A DNA stretch of 64,000 nt from Cycas panzhihuaensis. Taxonomy: Eukaryota; Plantae; Cycadophyta. Both the position numbers and the translations under genes were made by a program. Below are positions 51,564 to 64,000 of this stretch, one piece after another. The notes beneath the pieces are model-generated. The model saw nothing but the letters and a program-made list of their open reading frames with translations. It was not told the DNA's origin and did no database searches. Numbering within the stretch: the first letter of the stretch is position 1; every line of letters starts with the position of its first letter. The stretch covers positions 83,893,741 through 83,957,740 of the forward strand of contig CM041465.1 of NCBI GenBank assembly GCA_023213395.1, read 5' to 3'.

Positions 51564-53127
51564 TGTTATGAACCATAGTTTATAAATTGGAGGTAAATGC
51601 ACGGAGACACAAAAATAGTAATTATCAAAGACAAGTATTTATTAAAAGGTGAAATGAATGATGATATGTGTTACAATGGTTACATATTTGTATGTATGAT
51701 ATAATCTCTTCTGGTAAATAGGTATAACCATTCAAATGTGCATTTTGATAATAATTGGATAATTAATTAGGGTTATAATAATACCCCTTCTTAAAATGTT
51801 TTGCCTACAAAGTATATTTTAAATTAATGACTTGATCTTGCTTATTGCTGATAAGAGGAGGTCATAACCATTTGGTGTGTATCATAGAGCTATAATTATC
51901 TGAGCTTTAAATAATAACAAATATGAAGAGAAAGGCAAACTTGAACAAGTTGATGCTATTGTAGACTAGTTAGAATCTTTTAGTAGATATCGACTCAATG
52001 ATTGTTGGATTTGTTTTTTTCCCTCTATCCTATTACTCAAAGATAGTCACCAAGGTATCTTTCACTCATCTTTGACTTCAATTTCTAAATCAATGTTGCA
52101 TTGTAAATAACCACTATTTCCAAAGCTGTTGAATATATTTTTTGGAAAAATCATTATTGGTGTTGTTGCCCAATGGTATTGTTTTAAGGTATAAGAGTTT
52201 ATATGGGTTTCTATATTATACCCAAGTTGATTAGGAGACAAACTTGTTATTGCTAATACTAATAATTTTTGCTTAGATTGACTAGGAGATGTTATAAACA
52301 CTAATTGATTCTTCTCAAATTGATCAGGTGATGAAAACTTCATCACTGACATTAGTGACTTTTTTAGTATATATTCAATATATTTTTTATTATAAATTAT
52401 TATATTTTCTTCTAAGAATGACATTATCTTTTGGTCCTCATTAGTTATGAATATTTCATTATTATTTTCATATTGTTTATTAATTTTTTCTTCTTATGCA
52501 CTCAAATTATGTGTTGGGATTATGATTTCCCTTATAAACTGCTCATGGTTTATAGACTCTTTTTCCTTTTCTGTTGTATGACCTTGTACTCCATTATCTT
52601 TCAATATAGGTGTGTCATCATCATTTACTTGCCTTATAATTTTATCTATATATTCTTCATGATTTTTTAGATAAGTTTTTTATGTAACTTTTGTCACTTT
52701 TTTAATTACTCTTTTAATTTTTTGTCTAATGCCAACAAGAGTGTATCATTGAGGCTTACCAGTGTCAAAGAAGCTTCTAGATAATTGAGCAATGCTTGGT
52801 AAAGGAATTCTTCATTATTTTTGTTTATATATACGAAATTCGTGCTTCGCTTCCATGATTCTTTAGATGCACAGTTCATAAACTACCCTTCCAACTATCT
52901 AATATCACCGAACTATCAAAAAATAAATGGGGATATTGGTTGTTTATTATCCACAAGGTAGAAAATTTGTCTCCAATGAGTTTATTATTCATTCACATGA
53001 GGTCAATATACTACTATTTGACAATTGTAGCTTAGCACAAGGTAGATGACCCTCTCTAACGACTTTATTGTTCATGTAATATGTAAGTCGAGGTTAATAT
53101 ATTATTGTTATCACTAATGTGTAGGTT

Positions 53128-53172
<45 letters not shown>

Positions 53173-54758
53173 ATATATATATATATATATTACAAAGATA
53201 GTCATAGGTGATCACTCAAGTAAGTCAATATATGTATTACAATGCTTATTGTTTTGATAGTTGTCTCAACTTATATACAAGGTCAATGTTTAACAAAATA
53301 TTCCTATATTTATCTAAATGCCTCAATGATAACTATAATTCATCTTATAATTGATTGTAGAATGCATCTATATATAAGGTGATGGCTATAATTCTTGATT
53401 ATGGTTAAGGTCATTGTATTATTCAGTTGTCTCAACTAACAACTATAATTCCTAATTATGCTTGGAAGAATGTATGATGCAAAATAGGGATGGAGATGCA
53501 TGGATTGGAGGAGCCCACTAATTATTAGAATGCAAGATCTGAACACACTAATTGATTATAGAGTAAGGAGAGATAAGGCTACAGAATATACATAAATAAT
53601 ACACATCCAAAATAATATAAGAAAAGGGAATGTAGATTGCTTAATGTAGGTAATAGATGATAAAAAGAAGGGGATACCTAATGGGAGAACGTAAGGATGA
53701 TATATGCAATACAAGGAAGAATAATATGATTAGTGGCATGATGTATTAATGGATGTATATATTAAAGAGTATAGAGGTGGTAGCCTAATGTATAATGAAT
53801 GGTATATATAATATGTAATATACATATAAAGGTGTGTATTAATGTATATTAATGTATAATACAATTTTAAGAGATTAATGTGATGCATAAGGTAGCATGT
53901 GTGGATAGTGATTAGACATCTATACAATGGTGTATATTTGTCTTAGACTTAGTATATATAAATATACTAATCTATGTACATATACTATCACAAATTCATA
54001 GTCTTAATGAATGTCAATACTCAAGTTGATCTTTCCTAACAAGTGTGTTGGCGTCCTCCTTTTCCTCTTAGTCCAAATAGTGAGGCTCTATAGAGCGTGA
54101 CAACCTAATCTATAATATTTGCACCTTCCATAGATTGCAATGTAGTGACTTTGGGCTAGGCATGATAGATACATAATTCATGATATTTATGATTAGGCAT
54201 TAAGAGCAGACAATGTGTTGATTTAGGTATAAGTGTGATAGAGGATAATATAGGTGTTTTCCACTAAGGACTCATATTCCAACACCATTTTGTTGATTGA
54301 CATGATGACTTGACCTCCTTTGCCTTATCACTAATGGATATGACTATTATTACTCCTTGTAATATGCTTTATGAGATCATTATGTTCTTATACAAATACC
54401 TCTCTTGATAAAATCCAACATGTTCTTTTCTTGTTGGTGAATATGGATTCCTCTTCCAATGATCAAATAAGAATCCATTGTGGATCCAAGGTAATGGTTT
54501 CAAATATGATTATGCTAGAGTATTGCTTGCTCTGATACCAATTATTATGAATCAAAGTTCATAAATTGGAGGTAAATACATGAAAACATAAAAATAGTAA
54601 TTATAGAAAACAAGTATTTATTAAAAGGTGAAATGAATGATGATATATACTATAATGTCATATATTTATATACATAACATAATATTTTTTAGTGAATGAA
54701 TGCAACCATTTGAATGCGCATTTTGATAATAATTGGATAATTAATTAGGGTTATAACA
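51564..54758 (-). mobile_element. Non-autonomous LTR element (3.2 kb, about 217 bp LTRs) with an unknown decayed ORF
   Basis: LTRs 51564-51780 and 54543-54758. TSD CAAAT/CAAAC. PBS TGGTATCAGAGC at 54529-54540. PPT next to 51781. No RT or INT motifs. Confidence 0.92.
53129..53191. repeat. (CT)n(TA)n microsatellite
   Basis: Seen directly. Confidence 0.95.
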
Positions 54759-55158
54759 CAAACTTTCTAAAAAATAAATCTATAAACATGCCAAAAATCA
54801 TTTTCTCAACTTCAATGTTGACTCACTCCTCGTCCCCTTGAAGCCCCCTTCTTAAAAATCCATTATCATATAGCCTACTCAAGGATGTTAAAATAGCTTG
54901 GTTTATGCTTTATAAGGCAGAGTTATAATATATATTTATGCAATTAATTTTATTATGATATAGGTATTTTGCTATGTATCCCACACATAGCCAAGTTATA
55001 TATTATAAATACACACTCAATATATCATATTGCAATATTATTCTTTTGGTCTTAATCTAAGTTAGCATATGTTTAGGGTATAATTGTGATCTTGGTGCTT
55101 GCGTTCTTTTTTTTTTTTAATTTATGCGTTATTATTTTCTATCAATTTCATTTTTCAA

Positions 55159-58100
55159 TATGGTATGTATAAAGTATCCTTACAAACAGTATGCCAAAAG
55201 AGATATAAGATCATATGGAGCACCTTTATTAACTTGTGGAAGCTAACTTATAGAATTATCTCTCATAAGAGGCACAATGGACACAAAATAAGCACCAAAG
55301 GAATATCAAAGTACTTTTTATTAATAAGGAAAAAATGATCAATAATCCTTTACAAGTAATGTTTGACCCTTAAATAGACAAAAGAGGGTCTCTCTCCAAC
55401 AATCCTATTAGCGACCCTAATAGCCTTACACATCATTAGAAGACTGAGTGGCTTATGTATAAAACTTAATGGTTAATGTCAACACTTAACCCCTTAATAG
55501 ATTCTATATGCTAGTTTCTCCTTTCACTTATGAAGATGGAGTTATATTACAAGTCCCCCCCTCTAAGATGTTAAGTCTTCAAAGCATTAGAGATGAGGGT
55601 ACTGCTTGACAAATTCTTTAGATTCTTAGGTTGCTTTGTCTACATTATAATTTACCCACTACATCAGATGCTAAAAAATAGTGTGATTATGGAGGTGACA
55701 TTAACAACTAGTGAGGATTTAGCCTGGTGGGACTGTGAGATTTTATTCATCATTAAGAATGGATAGAGTGGTGTGAAGTGTAACTTTTTTGCCCAGACTT
55801 TTTTTAGGCAAGAGACATGAAAGACATATAGATATTAATGTCTGGGAAAAGTTCAAGGGCATAGGCAACTTCACTAATCTTTTGGAGGACTTCATATAGA
55901 CTATATTGATAGGGGCTTAGCTTATAGCCATGATGTGATTTGAGGGATTATTTTTTGTATAGTTAGAGACAAAGGAATATTAAATCTCTGATGTGAAATG
56001 ACTAATTAGATCAGTGGTAATTAATGTGTTTCTTCATGTAATTTTGTGCATTGGCCATGTTATTTCTAAGGTTATAAAGGATTTGGTCCATCTCCTAAAG
56101 CTTTTGTTGGGTTGAGGCAGCCTAAAAATTGGTCACTAAGGTATGGTGTGAAAGGGGATAATAACTATATAATGTTAAAAATAGGGATATACCAATGGCT
56201 AAATGGTGAGATGAGTTGTATCAATATTCTTATAAAAAAAAGTTTGGAGGTCCACTTAGCTTGGTGATCTAAGGTAAAGTAATATAGGCACATTTCCAGA
56301 GTTTTGTTCAAAACCTTAGATTGACCATTAGTTTGAGGATGGTAAGTAGAACTCATATTAAATGAGGTTCCTATAACTTTAAAGAGTTCTTGCCAAAAAG
56401 AGCTAATGAATTTGGGATCTCTATCACAAACGATAGTTGAGAAAAAAACATGAAGGTGAAAAATAAATTAGACATAAAGATAAGTAAAATAGGGGGATTT
56501 ATACGAGGTGTGTATTGGGAGGAAATACAAATACTTGGTTAATTTATTAATGACCACCTAAATTAAGTCAAAACTAGTGGATACAGGTAGGCCAATGATA
56601 AAATCCATGGTAATGTCCTATCATTTACCTTGAAGATTGTGTAGTGGTTAGAGGAGTCCCAGTAAGGCTTTAGTATCCACCTTGTTTCATTGACAAGTGT
56701 CATATTCAGATATGAAGGTGGGGATGGTAGTCTTTATATGTGGCTAAAAGAAATTTACATATATTACTAAATACATCAATATATTTTATCAAATGCTAAA
56801 TACCCCCCCTAGGGGAGTAGAGTGACACTATGTTAAAATTTGAGAGATAAACGAGGAGGATGGGTGTACAAAGATGTAATTCCTAAATAAAAAATAATTA
56901 TTGTGTGTTAACCAACCTTTTTGGTTAAGAAAATTTTCACTCTAAAGGAAATAGTCAAATTAAGCTTAGTTTTCAACATGTAATTCATTGAGCCAAATGG
57001 GATGAGGCTTTGATATAATATGAATACTGAGGTTAGGGATATTGGAATTAGAGGAAAGATAGGAAAGGGCATTTGCAACCACATTATCTTTTCCTTTCTT
57101 GGAAGATATTATAAAGTCAAAAACCTATAAGTGATCAATCTATTTAGCTTGTTCTTCTGATATAATTGACTAATCTAGTAGACTGTGGAGGATATGGTGG
57201 TTCGTGAGAATAAGAAATTTAAACCGTAAGAGATATTATCACCATTTATCCATGGCATGTAGGATAGCTCTCATTTCCTTTTGGTATGTTGATAGTTAGA
57301 ATTCGTGGTCTTTTAGTTTCCAACTTTTAAATATAATAGGGTAGTAGTCTTGTATAAGAATTACACTGAGGCTAAATTCTAATGCATCACATTTGAGCTA
57401 GAATAGTTGGGTGAAATCAAGAGTGATGAGAACTAGAAAAGAGGTCATTACTGCCTTAAGATGGGAAAAGGTAACTTTGGCCTTCAAAGACCATTGGAAG
57501 GAGTCTTTACATAGCAAGTTAGTTAATGGAGCTACAACAGAAGCGTAATTTCATACAAAATGATGGTAAAACCCTATAAGACTAAGGAATGATTACAATT
57601 GGATGAGATTGGTCAGTGTTAGCTAGGTAGTGATGATTGATATTTTATCAGGATCCACCCATACCCCTTTTGAAGATATAATGTACCCTAAATACTAGAG
57701 TTCTATTTTTTCAAGCTCACACTTAGAAAGTTATATATATAATTAGTGTTGGTATAATATTTAGACGACAATCTCCAAATGATGAATATGCTGGTTCAAG
57801 TATGAGCTATAGATGAGTATATCATTGAAGAAGATGATAACAAATTTTTAAAGATAAGGGCCAAATATCTTATTCATGAGTACTTGAAAGGTAGAAGGTG
57901 CATTGTAAAGGCTAAAAGACAACACTTGAAACTCAAAGTGGCTATGATAGGTTTATAAAGCTATCTTATTACAGTCCTTTGGAGTAATCAAGATTTGATA
58001 CCTAGATTATAAATCTAACTTAGAAAAGATTAGGCTTAATGGATCTTATTTAACATGTCATCTATTCTTCAAGTGGAAAATTTATTTTTTATGGCAATCC

Positions 58101-61100
58101 TATTCAGTTCTGTATAATAAACATAAAGGTGAAAGGAGCCATCTTTCTTCCTAACTAGGACTATTAGAGTTGTATATGGGGTTTTTCTTGGCTAGATTAT
58201 TTTCATATCTATCATTTCAGTGGTGATTTTCTCAATTTTATTTTTTTAGAAATAATAATTTTTATATGGTTACAAATTAATTAGGTTATGATTAGATTGC
58301 AGATTAATTATGTGATAGAAACCACGACTAGGTAGAGTAGTTGTAGGAATAAGAATAAATACTTACTCATACTTAGTAATGACATATTAGATATGTGGGT
58401 GCATTTGGGGGTTAACTTGGATGTTATTGAGGTAAACTATATAATAAAGGTTGGATTGGAGATATCTTTTCATGTGACCTAACAAAACTAATTGATTTGG
58501 TAGGGACTGTATCCCATTGATTTTATGCATGTTGCCTATTTGGTCCTTGAATAATATGAATGGATTGGTTAGGGAGTTGTTTATACTATAAGTTCCCAAG
58601 GTTTGTAACCACTAGATCCCTAATATAGTATTAAATCCTCATATAAATAATATTCCAATCTAGACATATAGGTTTTTTATAACAACAACATAGTAGAGTT
58701 TATGATATCCTGACATAGAGCAAGTGAAACTAATCTTTAAAATAATGCAGAGGTTTAGTTGCCTAGCTAATGAGATGTTAATAAAGTTTAATAACATGCC
58801 ATTATCAATTAGTATTGACATTAGAGTTTTTTAGAGAATGCCCTTGACTCATAGGGGTTTAAGGTAAGAGGTGGAGGCTACAACTAATAAGGATAGTTCA
58901 AGTTGAGGATAAAAGACTAGGGTATTCCTAGAATTATTCATAAGCCTCATGCTTGAAATTAGAATCTAAGTGTTTATTAGAGGATAGGGTGGGGTTGATA
59001 GAAAAGACTATACACCTCACTTTACAAATATGACCATGCCCAGAAATCCACTTCTCTAAGCATTGAACATAAAGGCCTACCTTTATTTGATGTTATGCTT
59101 CTACTTGTGAGATTTAGACCCTTTTCATTAAGGGTTATTCTACCTATTGATCTATAATCAGTCAAGTTATATCATCAAGTTAAGGTTATGGACATTAGAA
59201 GTCTATTTGTGGTGGAGTTAAATCATTAAATTGAGGTTAAGGCCATTGAAAGTTTATCTAATAGGGTTGTGAGAACTATGGGTTATGTCTTTGAGTGGGT
59301 AAGGGTCTTTCAATCATGAATTATGCCTCTACTGCTTTATCCATTTTGATAGCTTCCTCGAGAGTGTTTATAAACATCATCTTGAAGTGCATCCGAATAT
59401 AATCTTATAGATCTACACATATATGTTTATCAAGGCTTATTTGTCTAAACTTTAGCTTAGTAGGGACTAATTATATAATGCTTATAATTAATCTATAAAT
59501 GCCTCTACTAATGATATTTGTTTAAGCCTTATTAATTGAGTGAAGAATAACTGACTCTAAGTGTCCTCATACTGCCTGAAGAAATAATTTGTGAAGTGCA
59601 ACTGTGTCTGATTTGAAGGGTATTCTTTTTTCTACCAATTGAACTAGTGATGAGATTTTCCATCTATGTGGATGGAGGCATATACTAGCTAATCCTCTTT
59701 GATCATTAGGTTGAGGATAAAGTAGGATACTAAATTCTTATCCAACTATGAGTGTTTTTCTTATTCAAATCAGGATTAAAAAATTGGGATGTTGAATTTG
59801 TAGTGGAGAAGTTTCTACATTCTTGGATTACTTCCCTATGGAGGAGGAGAAGGGGGAGAGTTGGCTATCACATTTGATGTCCCAGTGCTATTAAAATTGG
59901 ATTGCATTAGTTAAGTAACCGAGGCTAATAAATCTTCTTTTAAAGGGAGGTTAACTAACTCAACCTTAATCTCTTTTTGAAAAACTTCAAGCTTTACCTT
60001 TAGTGTAGTGATCATTTCTCCTCATGCAGGTGCCATCACAAGTATAGAATAGGATTTAAAGGAGTAGGACTTAGTAGAAAGAATAGGAAATGCACATAAT
60101 AAGGAATAACAAGATAGAGTGAATTTTAAGAAATAGGGGATGCCTTGATAAAAATAAGGGATAAAAAAGAAGGAAGGGTACTTAGGGTGTCTATAGCCTA
60201 TTGACTCTATAATTTATGTAATAAAATCACTTAGTGTACTTGGGTGAGTATGAAAAACTTGTCAAAATAAGATAGATGAGTTTTAGGGGTAAAATTTTGG
60301 GAGTAAGGCCCACGGGTGACTTGGGTACTATTATACCCAAAAATAAACTACAAAAATTGACCTAGTACAAATTGATCAATGCAATATGGTAATTGAGATA
60401 GGATGTATGAGTTTTAATTGTAATATTTTTTATTGTAGATTTTTTTTTTAATAACAAGTTTGATTATTCATGCCATTTCTGATTCTGATGAATATTGATA
60501 AAGTTATAACTTTTTCTTTATAGATCCACACTTCTAGTAATAGATATTTAATAATTGTTTAATAATATTGATTTCTTCTCAGAGAGTGATGTTAAATCAA
60601 AGGAAATCAACCAAACTCTAACAATGGTAGTACTTGGTCTCATAAGCCTATCAATAAATACTTTTTCAGTAGTTCGACATAGGTAGCTTTAGGGCCCTAA
60701 CCGTTAACCATTACACTACAAGACTTCAATGGCTAAATGGTTTCTTATTATAGGTAGGGTAGGGGATTATTATAAGCCTCCTATGATATACTTGAAGGTA
60801 CATTGAGTCTTGATCCTATAGTCGAGTTTTGTCTAAGGCTTGGTTTAATAGATTTAACTAAAGTACTTTATGTAAGAGTAGAAAATCCATAATACACTTA
60901 GCCTAGATTAACAAATCCCCATGATATTTATAGACCCCCAACATAGGATCTCTACCTATCTAAGATAGATAGCTATCAAGCAGAGTTATCTACCCTAAGA
61001 AAGAGAGGGAAGAATAGAAAGGGTAGCTGTCAAGTAGCACTATCTACCCTTGGACCAAAATTGAAATGACTGAAACTAAAACTGAAAGAAATTATTGTAG

Positions 61101-61595
61101 AAAAAAATGTTACAAATGTCACCAAGGGAAAAAAATAATTCTTTTTCCATCTCCTAAATAGCTTTGTAAGGTCATCAAACCTTGCTTTGATATCACTTAT
61201 AGTGTATCTACCTAAAAACATCCTTACAAATAGTATGTCAAAGGAGATAAAATATTAGATAAAACACCTTTATTAACTTATGGAAGTTAAATTATAGAAT
61301 TATCTCTCCTAAGAGGCATAATGGACACAAAATAAGCACTAAAGAAGAACCAAAGTACTTTCTCTCAAGAAGAGAAAAATCACAAATAATCCTTTACAAG
61401 TAATCTTTAACCCTTAAATAGACAAAAGAGTGTCTCTCTCCATCAATCCTTTTAGCAACCCTAACGACTTTACATATCATTAGAGGGCTTAGTGACATGC
61501 ATATAAAACTTAATGGCTAATATCAACACTTAACCCCTTAATGTATTCCACATACTAATGCCTCCTTTCACTTATGAAGATGGAGTTATATTATA
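55159..61595 (-). mobile_element. Heavily decayed full-length Ty3/gypsy chromovirus, Reina-like
   Basis: LTRs about 55159-55551 and 61198-61595. PBS remnant at 61184-61195. PPT (CCCCCCCTCT on the plus strand) after 55552. [13 protein letters not shown] and FFNDILIYS. Integrase YHPQTNGQS. Chromodomain WVNYNVDKAT*ESKEFVKQYPHL. TSD not resolved. Confidence 0.9.
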
Positions 61596-63089
61596 GTATC
61601 AAATCCACTATAATATGCTATGAGGACTTCCATTAGATATATAGTTATTGCACCACTCATTTATGTAAGGAAATGATTTGTTATGTGTACCTATATCTGT
61701 GAGATATTTACACTACCATGAGATCTACCCATGAGCTTGCTATTTTATATCGTTGGCCTACTCATACTCATTATCATATGAGATCATTGCATCAAATTAT
61801 AGAGGAGCACCATAATTAAACATCACTCCCTGGATTCATGTGAAGAGCCATTCCTATTCATATTGAAAAATCAATTTTGTCTTCGACGTCATGCCTTAAA
61901 TCTTCACTGAATCCTATGTCATAGAGCTTGTGAAAATTCTAATCACTATACTATTATATTATGCTTGAATCACTATCTAAATACTCTATAGTTGAGTTGT
62001 GGCTTTGTGTATTATGTGCCTATATTTAATTAAGTGGTTTGTTATGCCCTATTTAGAGTAATTTTGATCTATATGTGAGAAGTCATTACTTTAGGTTGTC
62101 ATCCTATTACAATTTGTCACTACCCTCTACACATCATGATGAATGAAGGCATTTATGAGAAGAACATTACTAAAGTAATTTTCAAGGATTTTGATGTTGT
62201 TTCATTAATTTTGATCTAATTTAATCAAATTTTGATTAGAATTTAACTACCAAATCCACACCTGCAAGTTTATATTTTTGACATTAGGGCTATATTATTT
62301 TTTCCAATATTTTATCACATTCAGTCCTATTGGATTAAGATTTTAGGTCCACTATCCCTCTAGTAGTTAAACCCTTGGTCTTTTATAGTCTCACGTGACC
62401 AACCACTTGTTATTAAGAGGGGCTACGCCCTAACACATTTAATTTTAAATTTTTAGAAGAGGTACCTTACAGTTTCTTTAATATCTTAAGTTCTAGCAAT
62501 CTATTTTTTAAATCATATAAGCCATTAGAATCCTAACTTAGAGATGGCCATTTTGGTATATGATTTGATCTATTTTGATGTTATCTTATAAAGAACTTTT
62601 AGTATAGAGTTAAGCTTTTGTACAAAATTTCTACATGGTAATTAGACAAAATTTTTTCTTTCATCTTCTACATCATTCTTTTGCCTATTTCTTGACTCTG
62701 GGGCAACTGAATTTTAAACCCTAGGAAGCTAATGTAAAGTATTTTTTTAAAGAATTTATTGTAATTTATATATTGAGTCATATAAAGGACTAGGATGAAG
62801 AAGGAGGTCTTAAAATCAAAGATAGAGTTGCTATCATCTTGTTGACAGATTTGTATGATTGTGTGGTCCATCTTGTGTGTATTTGAGATGAACTTTTATA
62901 CTCTTAGTTATTCATTTGATCAGTAAAATGGCTTTATGTCCAATACTCTTTATTGTTTCTAATTCAATAAAAAGAACTATTTGATGTGGTCTAGGAGAAT
63001 GCAAATTTTATTAACTGGTAGAGGAATTTTAGAAATTGTATCAAATAGTTTTACTCTTCTAACTCCAACTTCACCTAGTACACATTTGA

Positions 63090-64000
63090 ATATTGATCAA
63101 CAAAAGGAGAAAGTAGAACTTGAAATATAAAATGGTTTTATATTTGAATTTATTTATAGAAATCTAGAGGAAGAAATACAGCTCTTCCAAGTGGAATAAC
63201 CACTAAGCAAGCTTAGGATATTTTAAAAATTGCTTATGAGGGTTCAACATGTGCAAGATTACAAATAACTAGAAGGAACTTTTAGAACCTTACAATGTTT
63301 TCTTCTGAGCCAATTAATGATTTTCTCACTAGAATTCAAGACCTAGTGAATCAAATATAAGCTTTATAGGAATAAGTCTCAGAACATAACTGATAGAGAA
63401 AATTCTAAGATGTACAACTGAGATTAATAAGTTTGAGATTGTTATGATAACCATAGAAGTTACTAGAAACTTATTTACACTTACAATTGATCAGCTTCTT
63501 GCCATGCTAATCATAATAAAGGAAAGAAAGCAAAGTTCTAATTGGAATTTAGAGCAAGAGTTTGCCTCAATGACATGCTTGAGGGGGAGATTTAGGAGAC
63601 TAAGTCCTTAGGTAAATACATATTTTTAAAAATTTTATGCTTCAACTTCTAGAAATGTTAGAAACTTAGGTAGAGGAAGATCTCATAGAAGAAGCCCTAT
63701 GAAAGGAAGAGGAAATAACATAACTCTTATATCTTAAGGAAGAGATTTTATGTTGACTTATTACAATTATAGAATTTATGGATATTATTCAAATGAGTGT
63801 TATGGTAAAAAGAATAATTCAGTGAATATAGCTACAAAGAGGACTATAGAGAGGCTAAGGAATGAGAATCTATTCTATACTAGTTTGAGTATTCAAATAA
63901 ATAATGATGAAGAACACATAAATTCTAGATGCTCTACTCACATGTCTTATAATGATGACTTATTTTCAAAGATTAAGGAAGATGACAAGAAGAGGATAAT
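63090..64000 (+). pseudogene. gag: copia gag/protease start, related to the 17008 element, truncated by the window end
   Basis: AYEGSTCARLQITRRNF*NLTM..INDFLTRIQDLVNQI..LIEKILRC, and SRCSTHMS near 63925-63950. Confidence 0.85.

Overview
AT-rich, strongly CpG-depleted plant nuclear DNA, probably from a gymnosperm-type genome (inferred from the TE lineages and decay pattern). It is made almost entirely of nested, decayed LTR retrotransposons, and I found no intact host gene. Elements I could resolve: (1) a full-length CRM-type Ty3/gypsy (333-7303, -, TSD GTGAG) inserted into an older LTR; (2) a full-length Ty1/copia with a 3.2 kb leader (13454-21585, +) inserted into a gypsy pol; (3) a large Athila/Tat-related gypsy (about 26948-40620, -) with a 21-22 bp palindromic array and a decayed extra ORF of about 700 codons, itself interrupted by a deleted copia (32241-35481) and a 2.9 kb non-autonomous element (37634-40502); (4) two solo LTRs of one family; (5) a 3.2 kb non-autonomous element with an unknown ORF (51564-54758); (6) a Reina-like chromovirus (about 55159-61595); (7) a copia gag running off the window end. 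The most notable observation is that the 37634-40502 element carries two tandem, decayed copies of a PYR/PYL/RCAR ABA-receptor gene, apparently with TATA box and leader, antisense to the element. There are also PLS-class PPR fragments and one CpG-rich, promoter-like island (49260-50100). All translations and alignments were done by eye, with no database searches.
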